In this document: positions 25,852 to 40,171 of the stretch, piece after piece
Position numbering within the stretch: position 1 is the first letter of the stretch
Layout: every line of letters starts with the position of its first letter
NCBI RefSeq assembly: GCF_001194135.2
Contig: NC_068998.1
Span: forward strand, 7,232,076-7,296,075
Origin: Octopus bimaculoides
Lineage: Eukaryota
Length of the DNA stretch: 64,000 bases
Direction of reading: 5' to 3'
Position numbers and translations under genes: made by a program
The notes under the pieces: model-generated
What the model was told of the DNA's origin: nothing
What the model saw: the letters and a program-made list of their open reading frames with translations, nothing else
Database searches by the model: none

Positions 25852-28800
25852 ATAGTTAGATAGATAGATAGATAATTAGACGGAGAGAGGTGCTAAGATC
25901 GGTGTGCCTGAATGTATTCCATTTGTCTTGTGTGAATGTGTGTGTGTCATTTATTTGTGTCAGCGAAATACTATTTCTTCCTTAAAAGTAGGCAATGATT
26001 TGGTTGGAAAATGTTCACTGTGTTTCTTTCTTTCTTTCTTTCTTTTTTGCTGTGTTCCGATTCGAAGGATTAACTGAGTCTAATATGATTGATGTATGTT
26101 TCAATTTAGGATGATTAAGTGTAAATTTATAATTATGATACTAAGTAAACTAATGGATCACGTATTACGGTGTTACTAACGAATAAAAATGTGATTCATT
26201 AGGAAGGATAGTGGAGCCAGAGTGAAAGATATATTAGCACAGCAACCACATTCCTGACCAGTAGCTTCGATGTTGCGATAATGATGCTTAACTCGAAGAC
26301 GTCATTCTATCCACTCGCGCCAAAAAAGAATAACTTCCTGCTAACTGTAAGCGAGATATTTGCACCATGGCCTATAAAAAGTATTTACACCCAATAATAA
26401 TTTCAGTCAATGGACATTTAAAGACCACGCCTGTGAGAAAGAATAACTTTTTTAGAAGTAACTGACTTTTCCAGTGGAAGAGTTTGTATGTTAAGTTTTG
26501 GTAATTTCATACGAAAGAACAAGGTTTCAGATAAGGGAGATAATAACAATTGTAGCAGCTATGCTTTTTTTTTCTTCGTAAAGTCTTAATAATAGCCGAA
26601 AGTAAAATTGGCATGAAGCGGTCAAGCCAGAGAGCATGTAAGTACACGGTCGTTCCACCTGGTAGAAATACCAGCCAAATATATCTCAAATGACATCACT
26701 CTATTTTACAAAGTTAAAGGAAAATTATATAGTGTTATCGTAGATACACATAAAGAAGATAAAAAAAAAACAGCATATTCGAGTCTGGGGTACTTCTGAT
26801 CATTGGTTTACTAGATACCAACCTGCCTAGGGCTAAACAGCAGTAACAGCTGCTACAGTGAATAATGTAATGAATGATGTAGTGCTAGATTCAGTTTGGC
26901 TGGGAAAATGAACTGTCATGGCCGCAGCGTGTTTATTTATTGATATGTTGAATAACAACCAACCTGGAGAAAAACAACAAGAACGAATGATGTGATGCTT
27001 GCAAACAATTCTGGAACATTTTTAGCAGTAATATCTTTACTCGTAAGTCTACTAGATCACGGCTCACCTGGGGCTAAACAAGAACAAAAAGTAAAAAAAA
27101 AAAAACGTTTGAGAAGAAATATAGAACGGTCAAAATTGCAACATGTTTGTTTATTGTCTGCTGGAGCATAGTTGACCTGGGGCTAAACACTAACAATTTA
27201 TTCTATTACGTAATGACTGAAACGTCCACACAATTTACTAAATAATTGTCTTTATCAAAATAAATTGGAATTACACGCACCAAATTCCCATTTCTGTCAA
27301 ATAATAAAGATTGCTGGCGACAGAACCACATCAGTGCTATTAGAGTTGCGGAACCACTTAAAACGAGATGAATATTTGTCTTGTTTCTGTTAGAAGTGTT
27401 ATTATTTACAACGTAAACGATCTATGTTAAATTTACATTATTTTGGCCAATCTTAAAGGTGATGACTACTTCAGATTAAACGAACAGAAAAGGCATTCAT
27501 ATAATTAAACTTAGTGATGCTAAAAAAAATTTTCATTACGTAACTTCATGTTCAGCTCTTAGTCGTCCCTTCTTAAATACATGTATGGTGAAAAAGTATG
27601 TCAGTCTCGACCATCCGCCTTTTGTTTCTAGATATCTTACATCTTTTCCATTTTTTTTTTTGTACTTGTAGGATATGAAGTAAGGGACAATGTCCATTGT
27701 CTCCACAGGCTCTCTGACACCAGAAACCACTTCTGTGATGCCTGTTACATTCCTCTATATGACTTTTTCCAAGACGGAAGGGATGTGTTTTAAGGGTATA
27801 TTCCTACTTTTTCCACCAGTTCTAGTATACAGACTCTCGTATTATATTCTGATATTTACAAAAAGTCCTATACAGACTCGCGTGATATATTCTCCCGAGT
27901 AGTCCTTTGTATTTCTAAAGCACACCTCAATGATTTGTGGGCTTAATTGAATAAGGACCACTATGAAGATTCGATCCTATCGCTCTAAAATTTATAATGA
28001 CATTCGACTTTTAAACGATCTGTTTTTTGTGTTTACAGCATCAGGCTGGAATCATTTCCTATGGGTGAATTTATTAGTAACCACATGTTAGTGTGAATGG
28101 ACATCACTGATTGTTTATTTTCATGCGGTGTACATAGAGAAATAATCTGGAGGAACTCAGTATATTCCTAGTTAAACTCAAATTAAATAGTGTTGATACT
28201 GCATACAGTAGGGAGATGTTCCTATATATTTACTGACGAGCCAGCGAGTGAAACTGTGTGCAGCTGCTCACTTGAGAGAAACAGCAGTCGAATATACCCT
28301 ACAACTCAGTATTTTGGTAAAGGGCATATTCCTGTGTCTTCGTCACATTCTCTTCATATATGTTAAGTGTATGTGAAAATATATTCTCCAGGCAAACCTC
28401 GCAACATCTCTAATACTGTCTACGGAACCCTTGGTTATCGAGGCAACCCGATTGGAAATTACTGCTCTGCTGTTTGAAAGAAAAGTGGATACATTCATGA
28501 GTGATGTAGTACTAGATTTCCACGAAGACATGATTGCCATAAAACAAACATATCTCTTCCTAGCTCTAACCTTCGGCTAATCAACAACATCCTATTGAGT
28601 AGAAAGCGGACTGAATCATTTGAAAAATAATTATCTTGGCCCACGAATATAAATACAGCAAAAAGGGACCACCTTTCAGCTGACTGCTAATAACTCATGG
28701 AGACTGAATCCAGTTACGAATACATTTTTCTCCTGTTATAATTGAGCTAGCTTTTAAAGGAAAAGTGTATTTACTATAAACGAGATTGGATCTTTCGAGT

Positions 28801-29354
28801 AATAAATGTTTGGCCAACGGATATAAACGGAGTGCAGGTAATAAGATGCAAACTGACCATCTTCCAGCCGACTGCTAGTTACCCAATCGAATCCACCAAG
28901 TACACAATTGACTGCTGTTATACTGAGTTAACTTTTAAGGGATCAGTGTCTGTGTTGGTGTTTAGAGAGGAGCACGGGTGTAGCAACGCAGTAATCTGAC
29001 ACCCGATTCAATATTTTGCTCATTGATTATATAAAACGAAATATTTTATTGCCAAGTGATCTCCAGCTTCTCAGCTGTTATACTATTTTAACAAAAATCC
29101 ATTAACTCTGCTTCTTTTCTCGTGCAATCAAAAATATGGAGAAGAATTTTACAGCTAACTCACTTCCCAAACGCATGCATATATATCCTAGCAAATTTCC
29201 GATATGAAATTCAGATATATCGAATATTTTTCTTTAATTTCCATTTTCATGACGTATAGTATCTAACTTCAACTTCTATTTGTTTTGTTAATGATAATTC
29301 ATTTCAATAATTTGAGTAACAACATTGTGAAATTAAATTCTGTTTGGGGTTGCT

Positions 29355-29413
29355 GTTATCATCATCATCATCATCATCATTATTATTATTATTATTATTA
29401 TTATTGTTGTTAC

Positions 29414-29489
<76 letters not shown>

Positions 29490-29490
29490 A
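29355..29490. repeat. (TCA)n/(TTA)n microsatellite
   Basis: Directly visible. Confidence 0.95.
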
Positions 29491-29960
29491 TTGTTGTTAT
29501 AAAAATGAAAGCATTTGCTTACGTCATTTATTTTGGTTAACTCTGTTTCTAAACAAAGTTTTAAGCCTCCTCCGCTCAAATATAAAAGTTGGATTAACAT
29601 AAAAACTCCTTTGGATCATGCTGTGATACAAACAACAGATGATTCACTTAAAGAAAATAATAATTTCTGACATAGGCATTGAATAGTTTCGGATTCGATC
29701 GCTCATAGCACTTATGTAATCTACTATATTATCAGGTTGACCAAAGTAATGTTGGTGGAAGACAAATAGAAAGGCAAATGGTTTTCTTCGATGATAGATT
29801 AAAACCTTCACCTGGTTTTTCATGCCTTCATATAATAGATTACGTCAGCTTCTATGGAGTGAGCTTCGATGTCAGCTTGTATGGAAATTTCACGTGGATT
29901 TCGTAGGCAACCTCATTTTTTCGGTCTCAATTCGGTTATTTGCTTAGAACACAAGAAAAA

Positions 29961-30338
29961 GTGGAGGCAGAATGGACTAGTGGTTAGAGCAGCGGACTCG
30001 TAGTCGTGGGATCGCAGTTTCGATTCCCAGACCAGGCATTGTGAGTGTTTATTCAGCGAAAACACATAAAGCACCACGAGGCTCCGGCAGGAGGTGGTGG
30101 TGAACCCTGCTGTACTCTTTCACCACAACTTTCTCTCACTCTTTCTTCTTGTTTCTGTTGTACCTGTATTTCGAAGGGCCAGCCTTGTCACACTGTGTCA
30201 CGCTGAATCTCTTCGAGAACTACGTTATGGGTACACGTGTCTGTGGAGTGCTCAGCCACTTGCACGTTAATTTCACGAGCAGGCTGTTACGTTGATTGGA
30301 TCAACTGGAACCCTCGTCGTCGTAACCAACGGAGTGCC
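29961..30338 (+). mobile_element. SINE family C, full length
   Basis: tRNA-like head (A box TGGACTAGTGG, B box GTTTCGATTCCC). Body matches the reverse complement of 50351-50745. Confidence 0.9.
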
Positions 30339-31287
30339 GTATTACCCAAGACAATTTACCAGTAACAAATCAATGCCCTATCCAAGATACGGTTATACTT
30401 ACGAGTAAGTAAATGTTAAGAAACCGACGTGAAGCAATGGTCATTCCGAGTCTCTATGGCTCTAAGTTGCATTTATATTGTCTAAATTTTTCTTGGTGTA
30501 GTATGGGTTATACAAGTTTCTAATAGATTACAAAAGCATAAACAAAGAATAAATTCAAACGAATATTTTCTTTTATTTTTTCAGCGTGGTTTACTATCAC
30601 AGTCTAGAATCATACAGTAGGATGGTTCTAGAAACAACAAAAGACAAATTTTGCAACTTTTAAAATTAATTATATTTTTGAATATCTGATGAGCAAAAAT
30701 ATTCATTTATTAAATACTGTCTGCTGCACTTTTCATTTGTAAATTGCATTAACAGCACATGAAAAAAGAAATTGAATTATATATATATACATACACAAAC
30801 GCATATACATATAACCATAAAGATAAATAAATGCATATATATATATACATATATGAACACACATATATATATACATACACACATATATATATATAGATGC
30901 ATACACACACCCATATATATATATATATACTCATGATATGCATATATTCGTGTGTGTATACATGAATGTATGCACATATGCATTCACACGTATATACATA
31001 AAAATACAAGCGTACACATGCATATATTCTCATTTATATACATACATACAAATTAGATATTCTTAAAACATGCTCACAGTGATACAGCGAAGTTTGTATT
31101 CGTTAAACTTCATCATGAACAAATGAAATTATTAAAACTACTCAGTTTCTGACACTCATTAATTACATAGTTACTTCCAGATAAACTCGGAACTCGCTCT
31201 CTTCTGTCTCCTTTCTCATTACTGAAGCAAAGGATACCGAACCAGGTCTACCAAGAGCCTTCTCTCAGAAGACACGGAGAGATAATT

Positions 31288-31327
<40 letters not shown>

Positions 31328-32359
31328 AAGAAGTCGTGGAGAGAGGGTTAGAAGTTGTAGAGAAAGAGAGAGGGGGTAAGGCAGAAAGGAGGAGAGAGGG
31401 GACAGATGGAACGAGATAGAACTGGCTCTAGTCTTGCTTCTTCCGTAGTCCTTATAGAATTTAAGTGTCATCTCGACTGCCAACTATACGATAAATATAC
31501 AGAGACAAATGCGATTTCACTGTTGGATTTCTTTCAAACTTCACATTGTTAGCGCGGTTGCTTGCCATGAATGGAGGTATGATTCGGCTCCCATGGTAGG
31601 ATCTTTACCTTTAAGTTTTATTTGTAGATGTCTTTTCTTCGTATTCATAACACTGTGTAACACGATTTCTGTCCTTGGGCCGCAACTGTTATTTTGTCTT
31701 TGCTTACCCCAAGAAAGTATGAAAAACGGCTAATATTTCCTTTCAAACTGCTTTTGTTACATTCATTCAAACTCCAAACAATCCCTCTCAACATATGACT
31801 ATGGCGCTCCCCCACAACTCTTGCTCAGGATCAGAGATACACATATTGTCAGCCATTAAGGGTTTTGGGATGAATCAGCGCTATAAAGTCCACGTCTCAC
31901 AACCACAGAGGAAGGTGGAAACGGTTGGCTTGGTTTCTTGTTTCCGACGACACGCTGAAAGAATTTCTTGGAGTTATATTGTCATATCGCGTATATGCAC
32001 ACACAAACACAGACCAGACAAAGTCATTCATCAAAAATGCTTCGAATTGAGTAAAAAAAAGAAAGAAAAGGAAACGTTGAGAAAGCGAAGCCAAAAACTG
32101 TTGCAAAGAGCGTGATTCTATTACCACTGAAACAATGAAACTGAGAAATTAAAATTGAGCAAAACATATAGAATACTGCAGTAGCAAGAACAATAACCAT
32201 AACTACCATATCTGTATTGGTATTTTTGTTTTTTGTTTCCGTCTGTTTCGCACGACGATTGGTCTTCTCAGAGATCAACGCCACGAACGTGAAAGAACCA
32301 CACAATCAGAGGCGTATTAACATTCTCGGACACGAGAAACAACAGACAACGGAACGTAA

Positions 32360-32418
<59 letters not shown>

Positions 32419-32689
32419 ATATATATTTATATATATATANNNNNNNNNNNNNNNNNNNNNNNNNNNNNNNNNNNNNNNNNNNNNNNNNNNNNNNNNNNNN
32501 NNNNNNNNNNNNNNNNNNNNNNNNNNNNNNNNNNNNNNNNNNNNNNNNNNNNNNNNNNNNNNNNNNNNNNNNNNNNNNNNNNNNNNNNNNNNNNNNNNNN
32601 NNNNNNNNNNNNNNNNNNNNNNNNNNNNNNNNNNNNNNNNNNNNNNNNNNNNNNNNNNNNNNNNNNNNNNNNNNNNNNNNNNNNNNNNN

Positions 32690-32744
<55 letters not shown>

Positions 32745-32959
32745 GTGTATATGTGAATGCATTTATGTAAGCATGTATGTATTCGTGCGTATGTTTATGC
32801 ATGGAAGTATTGTCTTTGCGCATGACATGGAAGAAATATATACACACTGTAAATTACGGCTTAATGCAATATAATTCAATCTAATCACGATCAATGGAAT
32901 CACTCAGATACAACACTCAGAAGAATACACATCCATCCACACATAGAAGCATATGTATA

Positions 32960-33020
<61 letters not shown>

Positions 33021-33155
33021 NNNNNNNNNNTATATATATACTTATATACATATATATATACATATATATATATACCTATATATATACATATATATATACA
33101 TAAATATATATATACACACAGACATTCGTCTATGTACACACCCATAGACACACGC

Positions 33156-33188
<33 letters not shown>

Positions 33189-34364
33189 CATGTACGTATG
33201 TAGATATAAATCCACGCATACATGCATAAATATATACATTCATACAGCCATAAACACTAAATACAATGAACATACAAAACGAGACATTGCACAGTCGTAG
33301 ATAGAATATACACGTTCAAAGAGATATCAATCAACAACATTTTATAAGTTCTTTTGATTTGTGGTTTCACAGATTGCAGCAGTTAAAAAACTTTTTTTTT
33401 TTTTAAATTTATTTATCGGAAATAATTAAATTAGTAGGAAATATATGTAGTCTCTTGTCTGGCAGCGATAGAACCCAATCGATTAGAGCCAAATTAGAAT
33501 ACACTGCTTTACCCAACAACATCAACAACAACAACTTTCGTCTAAATCTGTTTTACACTATCGAATCTCACAATTAAATTTCACATTAACGTTGATACGA
33601 TATTCTTGCAAGGAATTTTTAAGGTTTTCTGATCTCATTGTTTGCCAATCTCATCAATGCATCAGCTTAAAGTTTTATTTCCTATAACTTTATTAGTGTT
33701 TTCTATCCATCTATCTCGTTTCTATCAGGACACTCAATTATTTCCCTACCTCTTTTCTTTACATTTTACTTTTTGTTTCCTGATATTATTAATGTTTTTT
33801 TTTCTTGTTTTATTCTTTGTTTTAGTTCTAACCAAATGGTAACTTTATTCTCTTCTATTCTTCACAGGTTTCCTATTATATTCTATCTATCTTTATCTCA
33901 CTTTCTGTTTTCTACAAATTCAATAAAGTACTAATGCAAAATTCCGGTTTGCAAAAGTCTTTGATTCTTAGCCTGCAGGAATCGCCTTTCTATAACCGTT
34001 AAAACGCAAACTTAAAAGACTAAATTTAAATGCACGCATCATATATCACCATGGTCCAAATTTGTATACTACAGATATATTTTTAAAGATATCAATTTTC
34101 TCCTAGGTTATCATCTTTCAAATGTCAAGCCGTGTTATCTCTAAAGCTTTCATTTCAGAATAGATTCCTATGGACAACTCTATGGAAACACCAAAAACTT
34201 CGAAATCAACTATTAAATCCAATTTTCTTTCATCCTTTTTTCTCTGCTTCCTTTCTCTACTCATAATTACAGCATGAAGATATATAAAGAATATAAAGTA
34301 ACCAAATATTGATTAGTGCCATGGACACAACACCAGACATTTTGGGAGAGAGAACGGTCACGTA

Positions 34365-34597
34365 CAGGGTGGCCCAAAAGTTGGTTTACAGTTACAACGC
34401 AGGAACTTTTCTTTTAAAACATTTTATTACATTTAAATTTCTATTGTACAAACTGAAAAGTGAGCTTGACAAAACTAACTAAATTATACATAGAATAATG
34501 ACTTCATACTTTTTTTTATAATTCAGATCTAAACTGTCAATATATGAATGCGAAAGAGATAGTTGAATAACTGTAAACCTACTTTTGGGCCACCCTG
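34365..34597. mobile_element. Tc1/mariner MITE, 233 bp
   Basis: 30-bp TIRs CAGGGTGGCCCAAAAGT(T/A)GGTTTACAGTTA (29/30 identical); TA duplicated on both sides. Confidence 0.95.
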
Positions 34598-34710
34598 TAT
34601 ATCGACTTCAGCATTTGCCCGGTATTTATTTTATAAATCAGAACGATGAAAGGCAAAACTGAACTCAGAGTGATTTGAACGCAGGAAAGAAGAGTCGCAA
34701 ATGAATGCTA

Positions 34711-34837
34711 CAGGGTGTCCACAAAGTCTGGGTACATGGGGATTAATACATACTTTAAGAAATTATTATTTCTTATATTTAATTGTTTATGTTATGATTT
34801 TATTTACTCCATGTACCCAGACTTTGTAGACACCCTG
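34711..34837. mobile_element. Tc1/mariner MITE, 127 bp
   Basis: 31-bp TIRs CAGGGTGTC(C/T)ACAAAGTCTGGGTACATGG(G/A)G (29/31 identical); TA TSD. Confidence 0.95.
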
Positions 34838-35532
34838 TATAATGCACCGCCTTCAAAGTAACTAAACATTCTTTAACTGTTACTGTATATATTTGTCTAC
34901 TCTGAGTGAATATAGACGGTTACTGTAGAGTTCTTACAAACCTACTACATCCAGGACTATACGTAAACATCCTATACATATCTCCTATTCCGAGGTGGGG
35001 TGTGTGCTAACAAACCCGCCGAAACCATAAACACGGTCTGCGTTCAAAGTTTTATCACTTTTAACAAGAAAATAGATATAACAAACAATGACAAAAAACT
35101 TTCTAGCAATCCCTGCAGATTCTTTGAAGAATACGGTGATGAAGATAATAAATGGTGATGAGGAAGAAGAAGAAGAAGAAGAAGAAGAAGAAAAGGATAA
35201 TTTTAGTGATAACAATGCCTTAAATCTTTATTAAATCTTAAATTCAATTTCTACATGAAGTGAATTATTTGATGCGATAATTTTTCAAAAGTGATTACTT
35301 TCTTTTCTCACGAGGCCACCGTATTTCAAATAATAATGGAATGAAAAAGTGAACTTCGTCTTATATGAAAGAAATCTTCAAAAGTAGGATGAGTCTGCGG
35401 ATGGTCCAGTGAGACGTAAGACTGAAAACTTAAGATGCGATATGAATGAAAAGAAAAATGCTGTTTTTGCTCATCGAGGTATAGTAAAGCGCTACTGTCG
35501 TAGTAGTTATCCTTATAACTGTTGTTGTTTTA

Positions 35533-35940
35533 AAGGCGGCGAGCTAACAGTATCCTTATCGTGCCGGGTAAAAATACTTAACGGCATTTGGTCCGTCTTA
35601 ACGATCTGAGTTCAAATTCTGCCGAGATCTGCTTTAACTTTCATCTCTTTCAGGGTCAATAAAATGAGTACAAGTTGAGCAATGGGGTCGATGAAATTGA
35701 TTAGTCCCTTCCCCCCAAAATTTCAGACCTTGTGCCTTTAGTATAAAGGGTTATTATAATTATTGCTGCTTATAAAGGTAGCGAACTGGTAGTATCGTTA
35801 CCGCACCAGGTAGAACGCTTAGCGGTATTTTGTCAGCCATTACGTTCTGAGTTCAAAGTCGACTTTGCTTTTCAACCTTTCTGGGTTGATAAAATCAGTA
35901 CCATTTGAACGCTAGGATCAATTTAATTGATTTAGCCCCC
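35533..35940 (+). mobile_element. Two tandem old SINE family B copies (35533-35755, 35775-35940)
   Basis: Two heads, AAGGCGGCGAGCT and AAGGTAGCGAACTGG, each followed by CTGAGTTCAAA and GGGTCAATAAAAT-like cores. Confidence 0.8.
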
Positions 35941-37306
35941 AACATATAATTTGAAAGAGGAAACGGTTGACGCTTGCTTCCACTCCGTAACCTTCATCGG
36001 GTTCCTCGACGAAAGTGATGAAGCCGAATCTTCCAAGTAACTATGAACCTTTTTTTTTTCCTTATGAAAATTGTGGGTTTACATAATCACGGTTCTTTCC
36101 TTATCGTTTACGTAGTAAAGATCTGTGTTTGAAAATAAATTATTTTGTCCTAATGGATTAACATTGAAATAAAGAGCTTGAAATATGTTATCTACAGTAA
36201 ATTCCTAGATTTGTTACAAGTAGCTTAAATATACCTTCAAAAATAAATAAATAAATAAGTTACATTTACTATTGGATTAATTGGGTGCATAGCCTTGAAA
36301 ATTGCTTACTTTCAACTTGAGAGAAACGGAATATCATTGGTAAATTAAGTTGATAAATTAAGTCTCCTTAAAAGCTTTAGCAGTGAGAAACGATACGTCA
36401 TAGAATATAGAAATTCTAAATAAAGAAAAATATATAGAACACACACACACACATAATATATATATACTAAAGAAGTAAAATGTTTGCAAACAAAACTAAA
36501 TGTCTTTCGTTTACGAGAGTTTGTTTGTACAGTTATAATTTCCCTGTCGACTTAAATAAATCTAATAATAAAGGTAAGATAACACTTTAAATTCATTTGA
36601 AATGCACGGTCTGGCGTGTTTTTGTATCGATTCACTGTCGTAGAGTATCTTATACAAATACACTTCCTATTTTTTTTCCGAAATTTTATATAATAATAAT
36701 AAAAATAAAAAAAATATTTGTTAATCACAAACAATTTTTTTTAACGATTGGTTTCTAACTAAATAACGTTTAAGAAAAATACAGCAAAATTTAAAAAGTA
36801 AAATAAAACAGCTCTCAAAATACACATATATGTGTGTGTTTTCCAATACAGTATCTTTTTTTTTTCTCTCTCTCTTTTTTAATTTATCGAAATTTCTTGT
36901 TGATTCCGTTATTCTGTTTTCGAGTTTGAGTACATTATAAATTAAGATAGCTGAAATATCATATACAGTCTGTGAACTGGATATCCTCCTTATTATCAAC
37001 TTTGCTAAACGTTTTTTTTTTAATTCATTCACTTATTTAGTTAATTTTGTATTTATATATAAGCTTGTCAAATGAGAAAGGACAGATATCCACAACCTTC
37101 ATAAAACTGTACCAGATTGGCGACCATCAACAGAAAAGGCGAGGATGCAGAGGAGGGAACTGTAATCTACACAGAAATCTTGCAACAGACTGAAGTGTGC
37201 TAAATACATCTGAAGACTAGTTTAGTGGCAGTTAGCTGAACTGTACAGTGTATATCTCTCCTGCCATACATACATACATACATACATACGATTACATGCA
37301 TGCATA

Positions 37307-37442
37307 CGAGGGTGTACTGAAAAGTTCCTGGCTTTGCGTAAAACAAAACGCAAGAGGATCAGTTATTTATAAATGACACACTTATTGCAGTGGTCCTTCA
37401 GTTTTCCTAAGCTCTGTAAAAGAACTCAGAAGTTTGGGCCTC
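37307..37442. mobile_element. Mariner MITE left part (same family as 9862), truncated by SINE C
   Basis: TA-CGAGGGTGTACTGAAAAGTTCCTGGCTTTG...GAGGATCAGTT...CTGTAAAAGAACTC. Confidence 0.8.
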
Positions 37443-37444
37443 GA

Positions 37445-37559
37445 AGAGCTTTATGTGTTTTCGCTCAATAAACACTCACAACACCCGGTCTGGGAATCGA
37501 AACCGCGATCCTACGACTGCGAGTCCGCTGCCCTAATCACTGGGCCATTGTGCCTCCAC
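37445..37559 (-). mobile_element. SINE family C, head only
   Basis: CTCAATAAACACTCACAACACCCGGTCTGGGAATCGAAACC...GGCCATTGTGCCTCCAC. Confidence 0.85.
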
Positions 37560-37599
37560 TACTGCAATAGTAATTGATAAATGGAAACAAAGAAAAGAA

Positions 37600-37637
<38 letters not shown>

Positions 37638-39049
37638 CCTTCCATACTGTTAAAAGGTCATGGGACAACAGGTTTGGGGATCTGACGATACGCCATAAAG
37701 CTAAAGCTTTTATGGGCGGAAAACCGAAGGCAATCCCATAAATCGGCCTTCTCCGTTTTTAATATCTATATAAATAGACGCAGTAGTCTATTATTATATT
37801 TTGAGTAACAATACAAATATGTCTCCACGTGAAACAAAATGTAAAATAAATAAATAAAAGAACAACACTTAGCCCGCATGTATCGGCAAAAAACAAATGT
37901 TAAACTAATGCATTCGAACAGAACTATCTGGTGCTGTTTATTATATTCGACAGACAACTCTCTTATTCTTGTAATCGGAATAACAGTGAACCAGTGGCCG
38001 ACTCGCTGAAAACTTAAAATCCAACAACGGTCTTATTCTGAAATTACATTGTATACATAAATAAGTTGAGGAGCAAATGACTAGTGTTTCACAAAAAAGA
38101 ACACTTACTTTGAATTATTTTCAGTTTTGCAAATTGAAATGTTTAAGAATTTTTTCTTCTGTATTTTGTTTCCTTTTTTTTATGACTCTAGTGCGAATAT
38201 ACTTGCGTTAACTTGCGACATTTTAATGACATGTTTACGAATTAAAATTCTGTGGAGTTTTCGTTTAAAAAAAAAGAAAAAAGAAAATGTAATGAACAAA
38301 TAAATAAAATTAAAAAAATAAAGAAATGCTATCTAATTTTCGAGCAAGGATATAATCAGCCATAAATTTCGTTCTAAAATAGATGTGCATGTTAAAGTAT
38401 AATCATTGAGTTGTGTCAAATAGTTTAGTTTAATTCAGTTCAGGTTTCTCGTAACTGAATACACAGTAGAACGACAATGAATTGCGCAAATTGATGGGGG
38501 TAAAGCTACAGCAGAAACAGAAATTAATAAATATCATTTAATAAATGCAATTACTAACTATTGACTGATAAATATAGAGAGCAGACAGAAAATAGTATCG
38601 TAATTATGTGTAATTATATGGAAAACCAGAAACCTATTTTGTACACATACACTCTGTTTTAGTTGTAGGATGAGGTGTTAGCAATTGTACTGCTATAGAA
38701 GAACTAAGTATTTTTGAGCTTGGGCATATGGTTCGAATGCGCTTGCAAGATAAACAGTTAGTGATTTACCAGTGGCGAAGTGTCAGACGATAAACGTTGT
38801 AGCTATGAGTATTGAAAATGCCGAAACGCATGATTCACGAATGTAACTATACACTTCTTCTTCATTTACCAAATGTAAATTATATCCGAGAGACAGAATT
38901 AATTGCAGGTGCCGATGGGTCTTTTGTTTGAACTAAATGCAAGTGGCGGAGTAGTCTACAGGCTCCTGTTCCCTTAGTATAAATCCTCAGAGAGAATGAG
39001 CATGATAAGTTACGCGATAAGAATCCGAACTTTGAATAAAAAATATAGT

Positions 39050-39205
39050 CCACCAGATTGGCTTCGCCAGTTTCCGTCAGCTCAATTTCGCTCTAAATGG
39101 CTTGACTTGGTTATGGTAAAGATACCCGCTCAAGGTGCTATGCAGTGGAATCAAACCCGGAACATCACTGTTGCGATGCGACCAACTTAACCCCTTAGCC
39201 ACAAC
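39050..39205 (-). mobile_element. Old SINE family A-like head
   Basis: CAGTTTCCGTC...GCTCAAGGTGCTATGCAGTGGAATCAAACCCGGAAC. Confidence 0.55.
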
Positions 39206-40171
39206 TGTATCTGCAGCCAGACTGCACGACTCTTTTGACAGTAACTCACTTGAGACAGTCCCTTGTTCTATGATACAAACGTCCTGTTTTACACTGCTCT
39301 TATTTAAAACCTTCAGTCAACGTGAATATGTTCCAAATACCCGCTTAATAAGGATAGTTTCTTTAATTTTCGTAAATGCTACGTTATTTTCAAAATTAAT
39401 TGAAACAAAATGTATTTCAACAGAAATATAGGAACAAAAGTGTTAAATGAGAGGGAAAAAGAAATCCACGCAACTAGTGGAATACAAAGCTATATTTACA
39501 ACAGGCCAAATACCATCCCTTCTAACACAAATAAGATACAACGAAAGAGTTTGTACATTGTAGGTTAAGATTAACAAATATCGCTTTCATATCGCACGCT
39601 GCCATTTTGGAAAAGGACAGGTCTGAATAAAAAAGATATCTTGGTCATGACTGTGACACCTTTGACCAAATGTCTGTTTGGTCAAGGATGATCTGAAGCT
39701 AAACAACAATAACAGCAGCAGATAAAAAGCCCGCTGATGGAATTCGTTCTTAAAATAGTGAAATATTGCTTCGTGTCACCGAAAAAAGAAGGGGGCGGAC
39801 AACTCACTGATAAATATTGATATCACAACAGATTAAGAAAAATTTAAATAGGTTTTCTGTTGGTTTAAAGATTCAAAGATTACAGAAACGGTGTGATAAT
39901 CAATCATAATTCTAATTTTGTCGAGAACAATGCCAGAAGTTACTAATAAATTATCATCTAATATAAGTCTCCAGCACACATGTACACAAACAGCTTTGGT
40001 TGCGATAAACTTCTGAATGCCGATGGTTTGGTTGGTTATATATCTTAGAATTCTTTAAGGCAAACAATAAATGAAGAAAATATGATTGCGATAACAATTG
40101 AAAATGTCTAATGAGTGATGTTCTGTGTGTGTTTCTTAGTTTCTTAATGCCTGTACACTTCTATCTATCTA

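Larger units (their letters stand above)
34331..34853 (-). mobile_element. Old SINE family B interrupted by two MITEs
   Basis: Pieces 34331-34364, 34598-34710 (GATGAAAGGCAAAACTGAACTC...GATTTGAAC) and 34838-34853 (GCACCGCCTT) are collinear with family B. Confidence 0.7.

Noticed and set aside
22513-27679. Identical 14-mer TTGTAGGATATGAA at two exon-like starts, hinting at duplicated exons
   Set aside because: Several chance 14-mer repeats are expected in 64 kb, and the downstream DNA does not align convincingly.
29961-30040. tRNA-like heads as true tRNA genes (also 13985-14030)
   Set aside because: They do not complete a cloverleaf and continue into SINE bodies; no bona fide tRNA was found.
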